Part shown: piece after piece, positions 18,448 to 26,684 of the stretch
Position numbering within the stretch: position 1 is the stretch's first letter
Layout: each line of letters opens with the position of its first letter
Origin: a virus
Taxonomy: Duplodnaviria; Heunggongvirae; Uroviricota; Caudoviricetes
IMG/VR virus record: IMGVR_UViG_2778261280_000009
Location: 1-34,933 of that record
Reading direction: 5' to 3' (one strand)
DNA: 34,933 nt
Notes under the pieces: generated by a model
Told to the model about the DNA's origin: nothing
Databases searched by the model: none
The model's input: the letters and a program-made list of their open reading frames with translations, nothing else
Program-made: the position numbers and the translations under genes

Positions 18448-19443
18448 TTACGCCAGTACGCCTATTGCCAGCGCATGATCGATAAAACGAAATATCAGCT
18501 CCAGCTGGGAGCCATACATCTCTTCAAATGCCACGGTATCCGCATGCAGCTCGTCGTGATGCTTTCTGCACAAAGGCAACACAAAAAGGTCATGCGCTTT
18601 TGTTCCCATTCCACCCTGACCGTGGCCTATCAGGTGGTGGGGATCATCAGCGGGCTTTCCACAACATGCACACGGCTGTGTCTTAACCCAGCGCGTGTAC
18701 TTTTCATTAACCCAGCGGCGACGTTTTGGGCGTAACATAAAAGACTCCGGCGACTCCGGATCCACTTTCAGCGCCAGCACCTTTTTCGCTTTATCCTGGA
18801 TGATGCTGGTGGCAGGAACCGAAGGCACAAGGTCACTTTCCCGGGTGACAGACGGCACAACAGGCTTCGGTAATCTCAGTGCCTTACGGGCTGCACTTTC
18901 CGGTAAGGCATCCGCCAGGTCATTACGAACCAGCCACCAGCACAGTTCCGGCATTGTCACAACGTGACTATCATCAAAACCGAGATCCCGACGCACGACA
19001 GACAACACCCAGCGGGCACAGTTATCCGTTGCCATTGATTCCAGCCGTTCCGTGAATTGATCGCGCAGCTGGTTATCGCAGTGCCAGCACAGACGGATTG
19101 CGCCCGGAGCATGTCGCATTGTGGTCATGTTCTCGCTGTGCCAGTCGGAATGAGGCCACTGACAGCCTTTTTCACGAAGTAACCAGCTTTCAAGACATTC
19201 CACACCACCAGCACGACGGATCACTGCCTCATTACGGAACACGGCCCGAACGGCAGGATCATCCGCCAGTGGTTGTGATGCCGCCGGAACGGCACCACTG
19301 GCAAAAGATGAATAACGTTCCGGCTCAGGCTCCAGCAGGACACGCCCCTGCATAAACAGGGGCATCAGCTCTGAACCAGGCCTGAACAATACGATCCCCA
19401 TACGCGGGGCAATTTCAGGGGTCAGTAGTGCTCTCACGATCAC
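18448..19443 (-). CDS. DUF968-family protein (YdfU-like) with C-terminal HNH-like Cys/His motif
   Basis: 331 aa; C-terminus CACCGKPADDPHHLIGHG...CRKHHDELH; resembles proteins found just upstream of Q in Qin-type prophages. Confidence 0.55.
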   Translation of the reverse strand: MIVRALLTPEIAPRMGIVLFRPGSELMPLFMQGRVLLEPEPERYSSFASGAVPAASQPLADDPAVRAVFRNEAVIRRAGGVECLESWLLREKGCQWPHSDWHSENMTTMRHAPGAIRLCWHCDNQLRDQFTERLESMATDNCARWVLSVVRRDLGFDDSHVVTMPELCWWLVRNDLADALPESAARKALRLPKPVVPSVTRESDLVPSVPATSIIQDKAKKVLALKVDPESPESFMLRPKRRRWVNEKYTRWVKTQPCACCGKPADDPHHLIGHGQGGMGTKAHDLFVLPLCRKHHDELHADTVAFEEMYGSQLELIFRFIDHALAIGVLA

Positions 19444-19444
19444 C

Positions 19445-20254
19445 TCAATGAACGGTATCGAGCAGCTTTAACAGCTCAGGGAATCGGGATTCGAAGAAAT
19501 GCGGCTGCGTCTCGCGCGGATTTGCGGGACTGGTGATGTTCTTGCCGAACATGCAACCTTTCGCTGTCAGCGACCAGAATCTTTTGATGTTGTTAATCGC
19601 GGTACGGCTGTATCGTTCGCGCTGCTCGACGATCCCCAGTTTCACCATCTGGTGATATGCCTGATTAGCCGTCAGGCGTATACCATACTGTTTCAGCAGT
19701 GCGCTCAGTGACAGTGTCGGGCGACTTGAGCCATCGTGTGCATCAGCAGGAGCATCAATGGCATAGCGCGGTGCCAGATTCGGTAAGCCAACAGCCTCCT
19801 GGAGTTTCTGACAGGCACCAAGCACTGAAGAGTTAGACAGGTTTAACTCCCGGCGCATAAAGTCCAGCAGGATCACGCCAGCCTGCATCTTGTCAGCAGC
19901 CTGTCCGGATAATTTTTCCGGTGCGCTGGTTACCATATCGAAAGTACGGATCACCTTCAGATGGAATGACGGGCTGATCCACATTGCATAGGCATACACC
20001 AGTTCCTTGCAGACATACGTTCCCCGTTCATTTCCCCCATGAATCACACTCACCGGGTCAACACCCAAATTCTGGGTGTTGGTCAATTCATGAACAAGCT
20101 CAACAGTTTGTTGGCTGGAAAGAAACTTTCCCGGCTCCTTGGTTCTGGCATTTGCACCAGATGCTACTGCTGCGCGATGCAGATCGTTCAGGCTGTAACG
20201 TCCATAAGCATCACGACGAACTTCAATACCATCAATGACCATCAGATTATTCAT
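19445..20254 (-). CDS. KilA-N domain protein (putative)
   Basis: 269 aa; the N-terminal ~110 aa resemble KilA-N/APSES-type DNA-binding domains; located in the nin-like region. Confidence 0.4.
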   Translation of the reverse strand: MNNLMVIDGIEVRRDAYGRYSLNDLHRAAVASGANARTKEPGKFLSSQQTVELVHELTNTQNLGVDPVSVIHGGNERGTYVCKELVYAYAMWISPSFHLKVIRTFDMVTSAPEKLSGQAADKMQAGVILLDFMRRELNLSNSSVLGACQKLQEAVGLPNLAPRYAIDAPADAHDGSSRPTLSLSALLKQYGIRLTANQAYHQMVKLGIVEQRERYSRTAINNIKRFWSLTAKGCMFGKNITSPANPRETQPHFFESRFPELLKLLDTVH

Positions 20255-20273
20255 ACTTCGTTTCTCCTCTTAA

Positions 20274-20663
20274 TCAGGCGGCTGCACCCGCCGTTTTCTC
20301 GTACTTACTGATAGTGATCTCGACCTTCCCTTCCGGGATAACCGGTCCCCACTCCACCAGCATTCTTTTCACCTGACTGTCGTCTTCCCACACACCCGCA
20401 TGGGTCAGGGCGTCAAACAGCGCCTTGTTATAGTTGTCCAGATCGCGGATCCGGTTATCCGGAGGAAACAACACGATCTCCACTGAAGCAGGTGCCGACG
20501 TTGGTTTTGGCAGACGACGTAACTGCTCAACTATTGCTGCACACGCCGCGCTCTGGAATTTTCGCCCCGCCGCGCTTATCAGGCTCTTACCAGCAAACGC
20601 CCCTTTGTTGGGGTGTCGCCAGTACGTGTTCACGCTGGGCGGAAAAGGCAGAATCAGCTTCAT
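20274..20663 (-). CDS. rusA: Holliday junction resolvase RusA-like
   Basis: 129 aa; PSVNTYWRH...DLDNYNKALFDALT matches the RusA catalytic-core pattern (E. coli RusA is 120 aa). Confidence 0.8.
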   Translation of the reverse strand: MKLILPFPPSVNTYWRHPNKGAFAGKSLISAAGRKFQSAACAAIVEQLRRLPKPTSAPASVEIVLFPPDNRIRDLDNYNKALFDALTHAGVWEDDSQVKRMLVEWGPVIPEGKVEITISKYEKTAGAAA

Positions 20664-20986
20664 ACTTTCAGCTCCCTCTCATGTAACCAGTGGGCTGCAC
20701 GCAGCCTGGCGTTTTCCTCACCGGCAAGCAGTGCGCGGATAATCCCGACCGCCTCGCTGTCGTCGTCCTTCACCGCGGTATGAAGCGTTATCCCCCGGGC
20801 CACGCCACGCTTTATCGTGATGACGCCTTTTTTCTCCAGTGCGCGAAGATGCTCCACCGCTGCATTCACTGAACGGTATCCCAGCATGGTTGCCACCTCC
20901 TGATTGGTTGGCGGGAAGCCACGTTCTTGCTGGTAAGAAATCAGCATATCCAGCACCTGCTGCTGGCATTGAGTTAACGTCGTCAT
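20660..20986 (-). CDS. LexA-like DNA-binding domain protein without peptidase domain
   Basis: Start trimmed to MTTLTQCQQQVLDMLISYQQERGFPPTNQEVATMLGYRSVNAAVEHLRALEKKGVI, which aligns with the LexA N-terminal wHTH; AGGGAG Shine-Dalgarno; 109 aa with no S24 Ser/Lys domain. Confidence 0.65.
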   Translation of the reverse strand: MTTLTQCQQQVLDMLISYQQERGFPPTNQEVATMLGYRSVNAAVEHLRALEKKGVITIKRGVARGITLHTAVKDDDSEAVGIIRALLAGEENARLRAAHWLHERELKV

Positions 20987-21636
20987 GCCGCCATCTCCCT
21001 GACCAGTTTTTCCGCCTGCTGGCGAACCTGCGCCAGAAACGCCTCGCCACATGCCTCAAGTTCATCGCGCCCGATGTAGCTGATTGCCGGTCCCTTCCAG
21101 GTCTTGTCGAAAACAGCAATAGCACCAGCGAAGAAAGCGCCTGTCGGCACCTGCTTCTCATCCTTCGGGATAAACCAGGCAGGAAGTTCAAAACCAATAC
21201 GCCCGCGAATAAAAGCAATATGGTCTGCGTCTTCCGGCCACCACACTTCGCTGGTGGCAGCTTTGATCAGGAAAACATAGCGCCCGCCTTTATCACGCAT
21301 GGCACTGGCATGCTTCATGATGTAACGCATGCCGGTGATGTATTGCCCCTCATGCTGACTGGCGCGGCTGTATGGGGGATTACCAAAGGCAGCACCTTTA
21401 AGCTCCGCAAGACGTTCTGACCAGTCATGCGCCAGCGCGTTGTCTTCCGCCGTGTAATACGCGGCACATTTGGCGTTATCACCGTCAGTGAACAGATCCA
21501 GAACAAACGGGCCAAACAGGGTGTTAATTCCCCAGAAAATGTTATCCGGCGTGCGCCACTGATCGCCCACTTCCTTCAGTTCATGGGCTGGTTTGTTCCG
21601 CAGCTCCACCAGCGCCTGGCAATATTTATTACTCAT
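20983..21636 (-). CDS. Phage Dam-like N6-adenine DNA methyltransferase
   Basis: Start trimmed to MSNKYCQ (TAATG overlap with the upstream gene); catalytic FGNPPYS motif; 217 aa. Confidence 0.75.
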   Translation of the reverse strand: MSNKYCQALVELRNKPAHELKEVGDQWRTPDNIFWGINTLFGPFVLDLFTDGDNAKCAAYYTAEDNALAHDWSERLAELKGAAFGNPPYSRASQHEGQYITGMRYIMKHASAMRDKGGRYVFLIKAATSEVWWPEDADHIAFIRGRIGFELPAWFIPKDEKQVPTGAFFAGAIAVFDKTWKGPAISYIGRDELEACGEAFLAQVRQQAEKLVREMAA

Positions 21637-22130
21637 TAAGCCCCCACGTAATTCCCTGACAGATACCACTCTTCACCTGATGCAGCGCGCTTGCTGCTTT
21701 TCCGTAAGCACCGCTCACGACGCGCCAGAAAATTGTTTCGTTCTGGCTGGGAGTGGCTTTCACGGAATGCCGCCATCCACACCGTTGCAGCACGACGGTA
21801 TAAGCCCCTGGACTCCAGTTCTTCCGCCTGGCGGGTCAGGCACAAAATCACCCGGGGATCGTTAGTGCCGACATAGAAATTGCGCACAGGTCTGGTTTCA
21901 CGAACTGGTTGTGGTTCCGGCTCCTGCGCTCTCTCAGTCAGGCGTGGGAAATGTCTGCGTGTATCTCCTTCACAACGGTGAGCCACACGCCCACTCTGAC
22001 GTAACTTGCTTGCTGACTGCAGAAAGCGCTGCCGTGAGTAACCTGCAAAAGCATCCGCAATGTCTCCGGAAGTACAGCCCGGATGGGCTTCAATGAATTT
22101 CTGAACTTCATTCAAAAGACTCATGATCAC
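21636..22130 (-). CDS. Hypothetical phage protein (164 aa), possibly a transcriptional regulator
   Basis: ORF overlapping both neighbours in operon fashion; Arg-rich C-terminal half; family uncertain (size recalls YfdN of CPS-53). Confidence 0.4.
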   Translation of the reverse strand: MIMSLLNEVQKFIEAHPGCTSGDIADAFAGYSRQRFLQSASKLRQSGRVAHRCEGDTRRHFPRLTERAQEPEPQPVRETRPVRNFYVGTNDPRVILCLTRQAEELESRGLYRRAATVWMAAFRESHSQPERNNFLARRERCLRKSSKRAASGEEWYLSGNYVGA

Positions 22131-22969
22131 CCCCTGAATCCTGCCGGGATCTGGCTGTAGTCCACGTTGTCGTAACTGGCTTTGAAGTACGGGTCCTCGC
22201 GTCTGGCTGCAGATACCGCAGGAACTTCCCAGGATTCTTCGAAATGACGATCCGGACCAAAGAACGTGACAGCCTGTTTCACAAATTGTGTGCCGCTGTT
22301 ACCCATCGCAGATACCCAGCCCGCGTAGCGTTTCACACCTTCCAGCATGGTTTCGGGGTTTACCCCCTCATTCAAACGGGCTTTCCAGGCTTTGAAGGCT
22401 GCAGATTTTGAATTGCCACCAGCACGTTTGGGATATGCCAGCCATGCCTGCTCAAACTCCGGAGAGTATTCCGGTCGGTTTGAACTAACTCGCACAGACT
22501 CATCAGCAGATTCACCAACAGCTATTGGTTCATTGACTGGTTCTTTGACTGGTTCTTTGACTGGTTCTTTGACTGGTTCAAAAGAGTGACTGGTTCTGGG
22601 TGAATCTCCTGCACTACCCCCTAGTGCAACTCCTGCACTACCTAGTGAATTTGCTGCACCAGATAGTGAATTATTTGCACTACCCCCTAGTGAATCTCCT
22701 GCACCATCCAGATGAAGGAGATAGATATTACTTGAGTTACCTTTTTCACCTTTCCGGGTGACTTTTTTTACCAGCCCAGACTCACAGAGGGCCGCAATAT
22801 GATTCATCACAGAACGTTTGCTAATCTCGCACTGATCAGCGATATGCTGATAGCTGGGCCAGCACTCACCCTGATCGCTGGCATTATCAGCCAGCTTGAT
22901 CAGAACCAGTTTTCGCAATGGATTACCCACTCGAATTTTCATCGCTTTAACCATCAGCTCCATACTCAT
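22127..22969 (-). CDS. Replication initiator, O-like (N-terminal wHTH, repeat linker, C-terminal domain)
   Basis: 280 aa; N-terminal LRKLVLIKLADNASDQGECWPSYQHIADQCEISKRSVMNHIAALCESGLV is wHTH-like; internal EPVK x4 and Gly/Ser/Ala repeats are encoded by DNA direct repeats; sits downstream of cro/cII. Confidence 0.5.
   Translation of the reverse strand: MSMELMVKAMKIRVGNPLRKLVLIKLADNASDQGECWPSYQHIADQCEISKRSVMNHIAALCESGLVKKVTRKGEKGNSSNIYLLHLDGAGDSLGGSANNSLSGAANSLGSAGVALGGSAGDSPRTSHSFEPVKEPVKEPVKEPVNEPIAVGESADESVRVSSNRPEYSPEFEQAWLAYPKRAGGNSKSAAFKAWKARLNEGVNPETMLEGVKRYAGWVSAMGNSGTQFVKQAVTFFGPDRHFEESWEVPAVSAARREDPYFKASYDNVDYSQIPAGFRG
22535..22709 (-). repeat. Iteron-like direct repeats inside the O-like gene (putative replication origin)
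   Basis: GACTGGTTCTTT x3.75 at 22535..22579, plus five imperfect ~21-bp copies of TAGTGAAT.T.CTGCAC at 22598..22709. Confidence 0.5.
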
Positions 22970-23202
22970 GCTGCACCTCCGAGATGCTTCATGTTTTTTC
23001 CGGAGCGAAAGGTTATAAGCGGCATACTGACGCGGTAATTACGGCCCAGCGGTTCACAAATCACCTTCTGACATTCACGGTCAACCAGGCTAACACGTAG
23101 AACATGCCCTGCAGGCGTGGTGTACCACTGCCCAACTGTAGGAATTGATGTTTTTTTACGCTGAAATAAACGGTAAATGTTGAGGATCAACGGATTAAGC
23201 AT
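22966..23202 (-). CDS. Hypothetical protein (78 aa)
   Basis: ORF overlapping both neighbours in the early operon; no family recognised. Confidence 0.3.
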   Translation of the reverse strand: MLNPLILNIYRLFQRKKTSIPTVGQWYTTPAGHVLRVSLVDRECQKVICEPLGRNYRVSMPLITFRSGKNMKHLGGAA

Positions 23203-24031
23203 GACGATGCCCTCCGCTGATATTCAGGAGACGGTGAATATGAAAATTAGCCTTATCCGCCAGACGAATACGTTCAGCCTGCAAGTTAAGAAGGGTTTCT
23301 ACCAGAACCTGATGCGCCTGCGGATCCGAAAGAGTTACCTTGCGCAGAGCACGTAGTGCAGTTGTTACATAACTGAGTTTATGTAAGTCTTCATCATTCA
23401 GACGAGTGAGGGCTGGGACAGTAGCCATGATGGCAGCCTCCGTATGCAATGGATAACTTCCACCACCGGAAACGCCAATTTCGCTGGTGGTGAACTGAGC
23501 AGGGTTGGCGTAACCGGCGCATACGGAAACCGGCGCACCTTTCGGTGCCCCCACCCAGCCCACCATAATTTGGGTATAGCTGAGTTGTAGCAACAAAAAA
23601 GACGCTAACGCGCCAATTGTCGCCGTATGCAATTCCAGGACGCCAATCCCGGCACCCGCTTTATAAGGTGCCTGAACAGTGTAACGTCCCGGAATGGCAG
23701 AATCAATGTGCTGGTGGTCCTTCACACTCAACAAAATCACGCCTGAATTTCCACAAAGGACTAAAGCACTCATGCGGGTAGTCTTTGCGAAGATAGATAA
23801 CGCGCTGTGTTTCTGGCTCCCAACGAATAACATGGACATAAAGCCCTCTTCCGTCACGAAACCAGCGGTTAAGTTCCTGCACAACTCGCCCCCCACAGTC
23901 AGGTAAAGTTCTCTGTGGTTACTTACAGCCAGGTGATTTGGTAATCTGCATTCATGCCGTAACAACAGGTGTTCAGCGACACTGACCACCAGCTGTTGCG
24001 ACAAACGGTTATTTGCCGTTAAACTGTTCAT
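23195..24031 (-). CDS. Hypothetical phage early protein (278 aa)
   Basis: Long ORF in operon context between the CII-like and O-like genes; no family recognised. Confidence 0.4.
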   Translation of the reverse strand: MNSLTANNRLSQQLVVSVAEHLLLRHECRLPNHLAVSNHRELYLTVGGELCRNLTAGFVTEEGFMSMLFVGSQKHSALSIFAKTTRMSALVLCGNSGVILLSVKDHQHIDSAIPGRYTVQAPYKAGAGIGVLELHTATIGALASFLLLQLSYTQIMVGWVGAPKGAPVSVCAGYANPAQFTTSEIGVSGGGSYPLHTEAAIMATVPALTRLNDEDLHKLSYVTTALRALRKVTLSDPQAHQVLVETLLNLQAERIRLADKANFHIHRLLNISGGHRHA

Positions 24032-24591
24032 GCGTTAGTTTCTCCACAGACACAAAACGCCACGACGCCCGGAGCTGCACACTCGCGGGCGTCACTCTTT
24101 TCTGGAGCGCAAAAGATTTTGTAGACCAGTGCTGCATGCTCCTGGAGCTTCGAAATTGACAGATACAACTCATCATTAATTGCTGTCTGCTCGTGTGGCT
24201 CCACTACCCCATCTTCGATTGCCGAACGAATCTGCTTTGAGTAACTCCCGATCTGTTCGATGACTTCCAGCAGGCGCTGGTTTATATCGGCGTTCTCTAC
24301 TTCCTCAATTTCAGGAAGCGATACAAACACCCCACCAGCAGACTGTGCGACAGCATCCGCAATGTAGTGAGTGCCAGCCGCGCGCTGTAAAATCATTGCC
24401 CATCCCAGCGGGAAAATCTGATCGCCATCTGCACGAAGGCGGTTGAATAAAGCGTTCTCTGTTACATCCAGCCACTCAGCAGCTTCAGCGTAACCCCCCG
24501 GCAACGCCGCGATAGTTTTTCTGACAGCTTTCACGTACCACTCAGGCTGTTTTTCTACTTTCCAGTGATGCTTACCCACGGTTAGCCTCAT
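24028..24591 (-). CDS. Putative CII-like lysogeny regulator (position-based)
   Basis: 187-aa ORF immediately downstream of cro; assignment rests on position and size typical of CP76-type CII proteins. Confidence 0.35.
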   Translation of the reverse strand: MRLTVGKHHWKVEKQPEWYVKAVRKTIAALPGGYAEAAEWLDVTENALFNRLRADGDQIFPLGWAMILQRAAGTHYIADAVAQSAGGVFVSLPEIEEVENADINQRLLEVIEQIGSYSKQIRSAIEDGVVEPHEQTAINDELYLSISKLQEHAALVYKIFCAPEKSDARECAAPGVVAFCVCGETNA

Positions 24592-24622
24592 CGTTCTGTG
24601 GTTAAAAATTGAAGGTGTTCTG

Positions 24623-24823
24623 TTAATCTTTCGGATAGATATCCGGTCTTAAGTCAGATTTCGTAATTGCACCTGACGTGCATTGCTCAAGTTTTTTAGC
24701 CAGCACAAAACTGGCTTTTTTATAACCATTGAAAACCAGCCGTAAGTAGCCTGGTGTTGAGCCAACTTTTCCGGCCAACTCGCCCTGCTGTTCTTTGGTT
24801 AAAGAGTCCCAATACGCTTTCAT
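24623..24823 (-). CDS. cro: Cro-like repressor
   Basis: Start trimmed to MKAYWDSLTKEQ (66 aa) with a GGAGGT Shine-Dalgarno; divergent from the cI-like gene across a 90-bp operator region. Confidence 0.6.
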   Translation of the reverse strand: MKAYWDSLTKEQQGELAGKVGSTPGYLRLVFNGYKKASFVLAKKLEQCTSGAITKSDLRPDIYPKD

Positions 24824-24878
24824 ACAATATGTACCTCCAATATACATATTACATGATTGAGATGAACCTTCAAGATAC

Positions 24879-24897
24879 TTGTACCCTATCGGTACAA
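24879..24897. promoter_or_regulatory. Operator candidate, palindrome TTGTACC-N5-GGTACAA, in the cro/cI intergenic region
   Basis: Perfect 7-bp inverted repeat with a 5-bp spacer; overlaps a candidate PRM -35 (TTGTAC) whose -10 (TTTAAT) would place the start at the cI ATG. Confidence 0.45.
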
Positions 24898-24913
24898 AGG
24901 TTTTAATTTCGTT

Positions 24914-25588
24914 ATGAAAACAGTCCATGACATCCGGCGGTCTAACGCCAGAAAACTGAGAGATGGTGTTGGCGGGAATTCTTCCTTTGCCACCATGATT
25001 GATCGCGAGCCAACCCAGACCAGCAGGTTTATGGGAGATGGTGCTACTAAAAATATCGGTGACAGCATGGCACGGCACATCGAAAAATGTTTCGACCTGC
25101 CTGTCGGATGGCTTGATCAAGAACACCAGACAACAAACATCACAAAAAAACCTGATGTTTCAATTACTAACAAACAAATAACGTTAGTCCCCGTCATATC
25201 ATGGGTACAGGCCGGAGCATGGAAAGAAGTTGGCTATTCTGAGGTTGATTTGAGCACAGCAGAAACTTATCCCTGCCCTGTACCCTGTGGCGAAATGACT
25301 TATATCTTGCGGGTGATTGGTGATTCAATGATTGATGAGTACCGCCCGGGAGACATGATTTTTGTAGATCCTGAAGTCCCTGCCTGCCACGGTGACGACG
25401 TTATTGCATTGATGCACGATTCAGGCGAAACCACCTTCAAGCGGTTGATAGAAGATGGAACACAGCGTTATCTCAAAGCATTAAACCCAAACTGGCCTGA
25501 GCCTTACATTAAGATTAACGGTAATTGCTCTATAATTGGTACAGTGATTTTCTCTGGAAAACCAAGAAGATACACAATAAAGGCCTAA
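24914..25588 (+). CDS. cI: CI-type prophage repressor (S24 LexA-like autopeptidase domain)
   Basis: 224 aa; C-terminal domain with GDSM catalytic Ser and downstream Lys; C-terminus ...LNPNWPEPYIKINGNCSIIGTV resembles P22 C2. Confidence 0.8.
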   Translation: MKTVHDIRRSNARKLRDGVGGNSSFATMIDREPTQTSRFMGDGATKNIGDSMARHIEKCFDLPVGWLDQEHQTTNITKKPDVSITNKQITLVPVISWVQAGAWKEVGYSEVDLSTAETYPCPVPCGEMTYILRVIGDSMIDEYRPGDMIFVDPEVPACHGDDVIALMHDSGETTFKRLIEDGTQRYLKALNPNWPEPYIKINGNCSIIGTVIFSGKPRRYTIKA

Positions 25589-25600
25589 TCAATATTTATG

Positions 25601-25623
25601 AACCTGCTTCGGCAGGTTTTTTT
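25601..25623 (+). terminator. Rho-independent terminator downstream of cI
   Basis: AACCTGC-TTCG-GCAGGTT followed by a T run, 13 nt after the cI stop. Confidence 0.7.
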
Positions 25624-25627
25624 ATGC

Positions 25628-25655
25628 TTGACAATGTACCCATGAGATACATAAT
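25628..25655 (+). promoter_or_regulatory. Candidate PL-type early promoter (-35 TTGACA, 16-bp spacer, -10 CATAAT) with overlapping operator-like palindrome
   Basis: Consensus -35 and 5/6 -10; the palindrome AGATACAT-a-ATGTATCT (25645..25661) overlaps the -10; a TGTACC half-site sits in the spacer. Confidence 0.5.
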
Positions 25656-26256
25656 GTATCTAAAAGAAACATAACACAGGCAAGATTAAAACAAAATTTG
25701 GTTGTAACACGGCGTATGGCACATGCGTCGTTAGCGGTCTGGTGACGTTAAAGGGGACAATCCACTCCTTGCTCGGGCAAACAAACCAGGTAGCCGGAAT
25801 GTGCAAGTCAATGATGATGCTGATAAGACGCCTAACCAGCGTGGCGATTCGGTTTGACGCCTGGGAAGAGACCAGGGTGCAACGATGAGGGCATTTATGG
25901 AACCGCGACAAAGTGTGGTGCCGTAACTGGCTAAGTGCTCTCAGCGTTGTGGTAATCCGCGAAATGGCGCGGCGGTAAGTATGGCGGGGTTACTCTTTCC
26001 CCGTTGAGGACACCGGATTGTCAGGTTGACCATACGCCTGAGTGACAACCCCACCACAACAGCCACTGCTTTGGCGGTACCAGTTTGTACACTTGCTTCC
26101 GGCTGGTACCGCTCTTTTTACAAAACAGAGAAGAGCATCACCGGACGACGGGCTCATAACCCAATCCATCCGGGCGGCTGCCACCGCAGGTGTTCTTCTC
26201 TGTTTTGTGGAGAAACCAACCGACCTTACAGGGTCGATATGATGAGGAGCAGCAAA

Positions 26257-26619
26257 ATGGCTAGCGAACGCAGTACTGATGTGCAGGCATTTATCGGGGA
26301 GCTGGACGGCGGCGTATTTGAAACCAAAATCGGCGCTGTTCTCAGTGAAGTCGCTTCCGGTGTGATGAACACGAAAACCAAAGGTAAGGTCTCGCTCAAC
26401 CTGGAAATCGAACCGTTTGATGAGAACCGTGTGAAAATCAAACACAAACTCTCATATGTTCGCCCGACTAACCGCGGGAAAATTTCCGAAGAAGACACCA
26501 CCGAAACGCCGATGTATGTCAATCGCGGTGGTCGCCTGACTATTCTGCAGGAAGACCAGGGACAATTACTGACTCTTGCCGGTGAACCTGACGGAAAACT
26601 CCGCGCAGCAGGTCGTTAA
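26257..26619 (+). CDS. Hypothetical protein, YfdP-like (120 aa)
   Basis: Start at MASERSTD preceded by GAGGAG (an in-frame ATG at 26239 is also possible); first ORF of the rightward early operon. Confidence 0.5.
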   Translation: MASERSTDVQAFIGELDGGVFETKIGAVLSEVASGVMNTKTKGKVSLNLEIEPFDENRVKIKHKLSYVRPTNRGKISEEDTTETPMYVNRGGRLTILQEDQGQLLTLAGEPDGKLRAAGR

Positions 26620-26684
26620 TATCGTTCTTAATTAACCGATTATTTATCTCATCACTGAATATCTTTATATAGTGAGGACTTATT

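Noticed and set aside
22535-22709. Short direct repeats as a possible CRISPR array
   Set aside because: Units are 12 and about 21 bp with no unique spacers, are in-frame inside a protein-coding gene, and no cas genes are present; an origin/linker reading fits better.
25660-26445. Minus-strand ORFs 25660..25911 and 25990..26445, and plus-strand ORF 26042..26242, in the early-operon leader
   Set aside because: They oppose or overlap the rightward transcription unit, have no Shine-Dalgarno and no recognisable similarity; the region is better explained as structured leader RNA.
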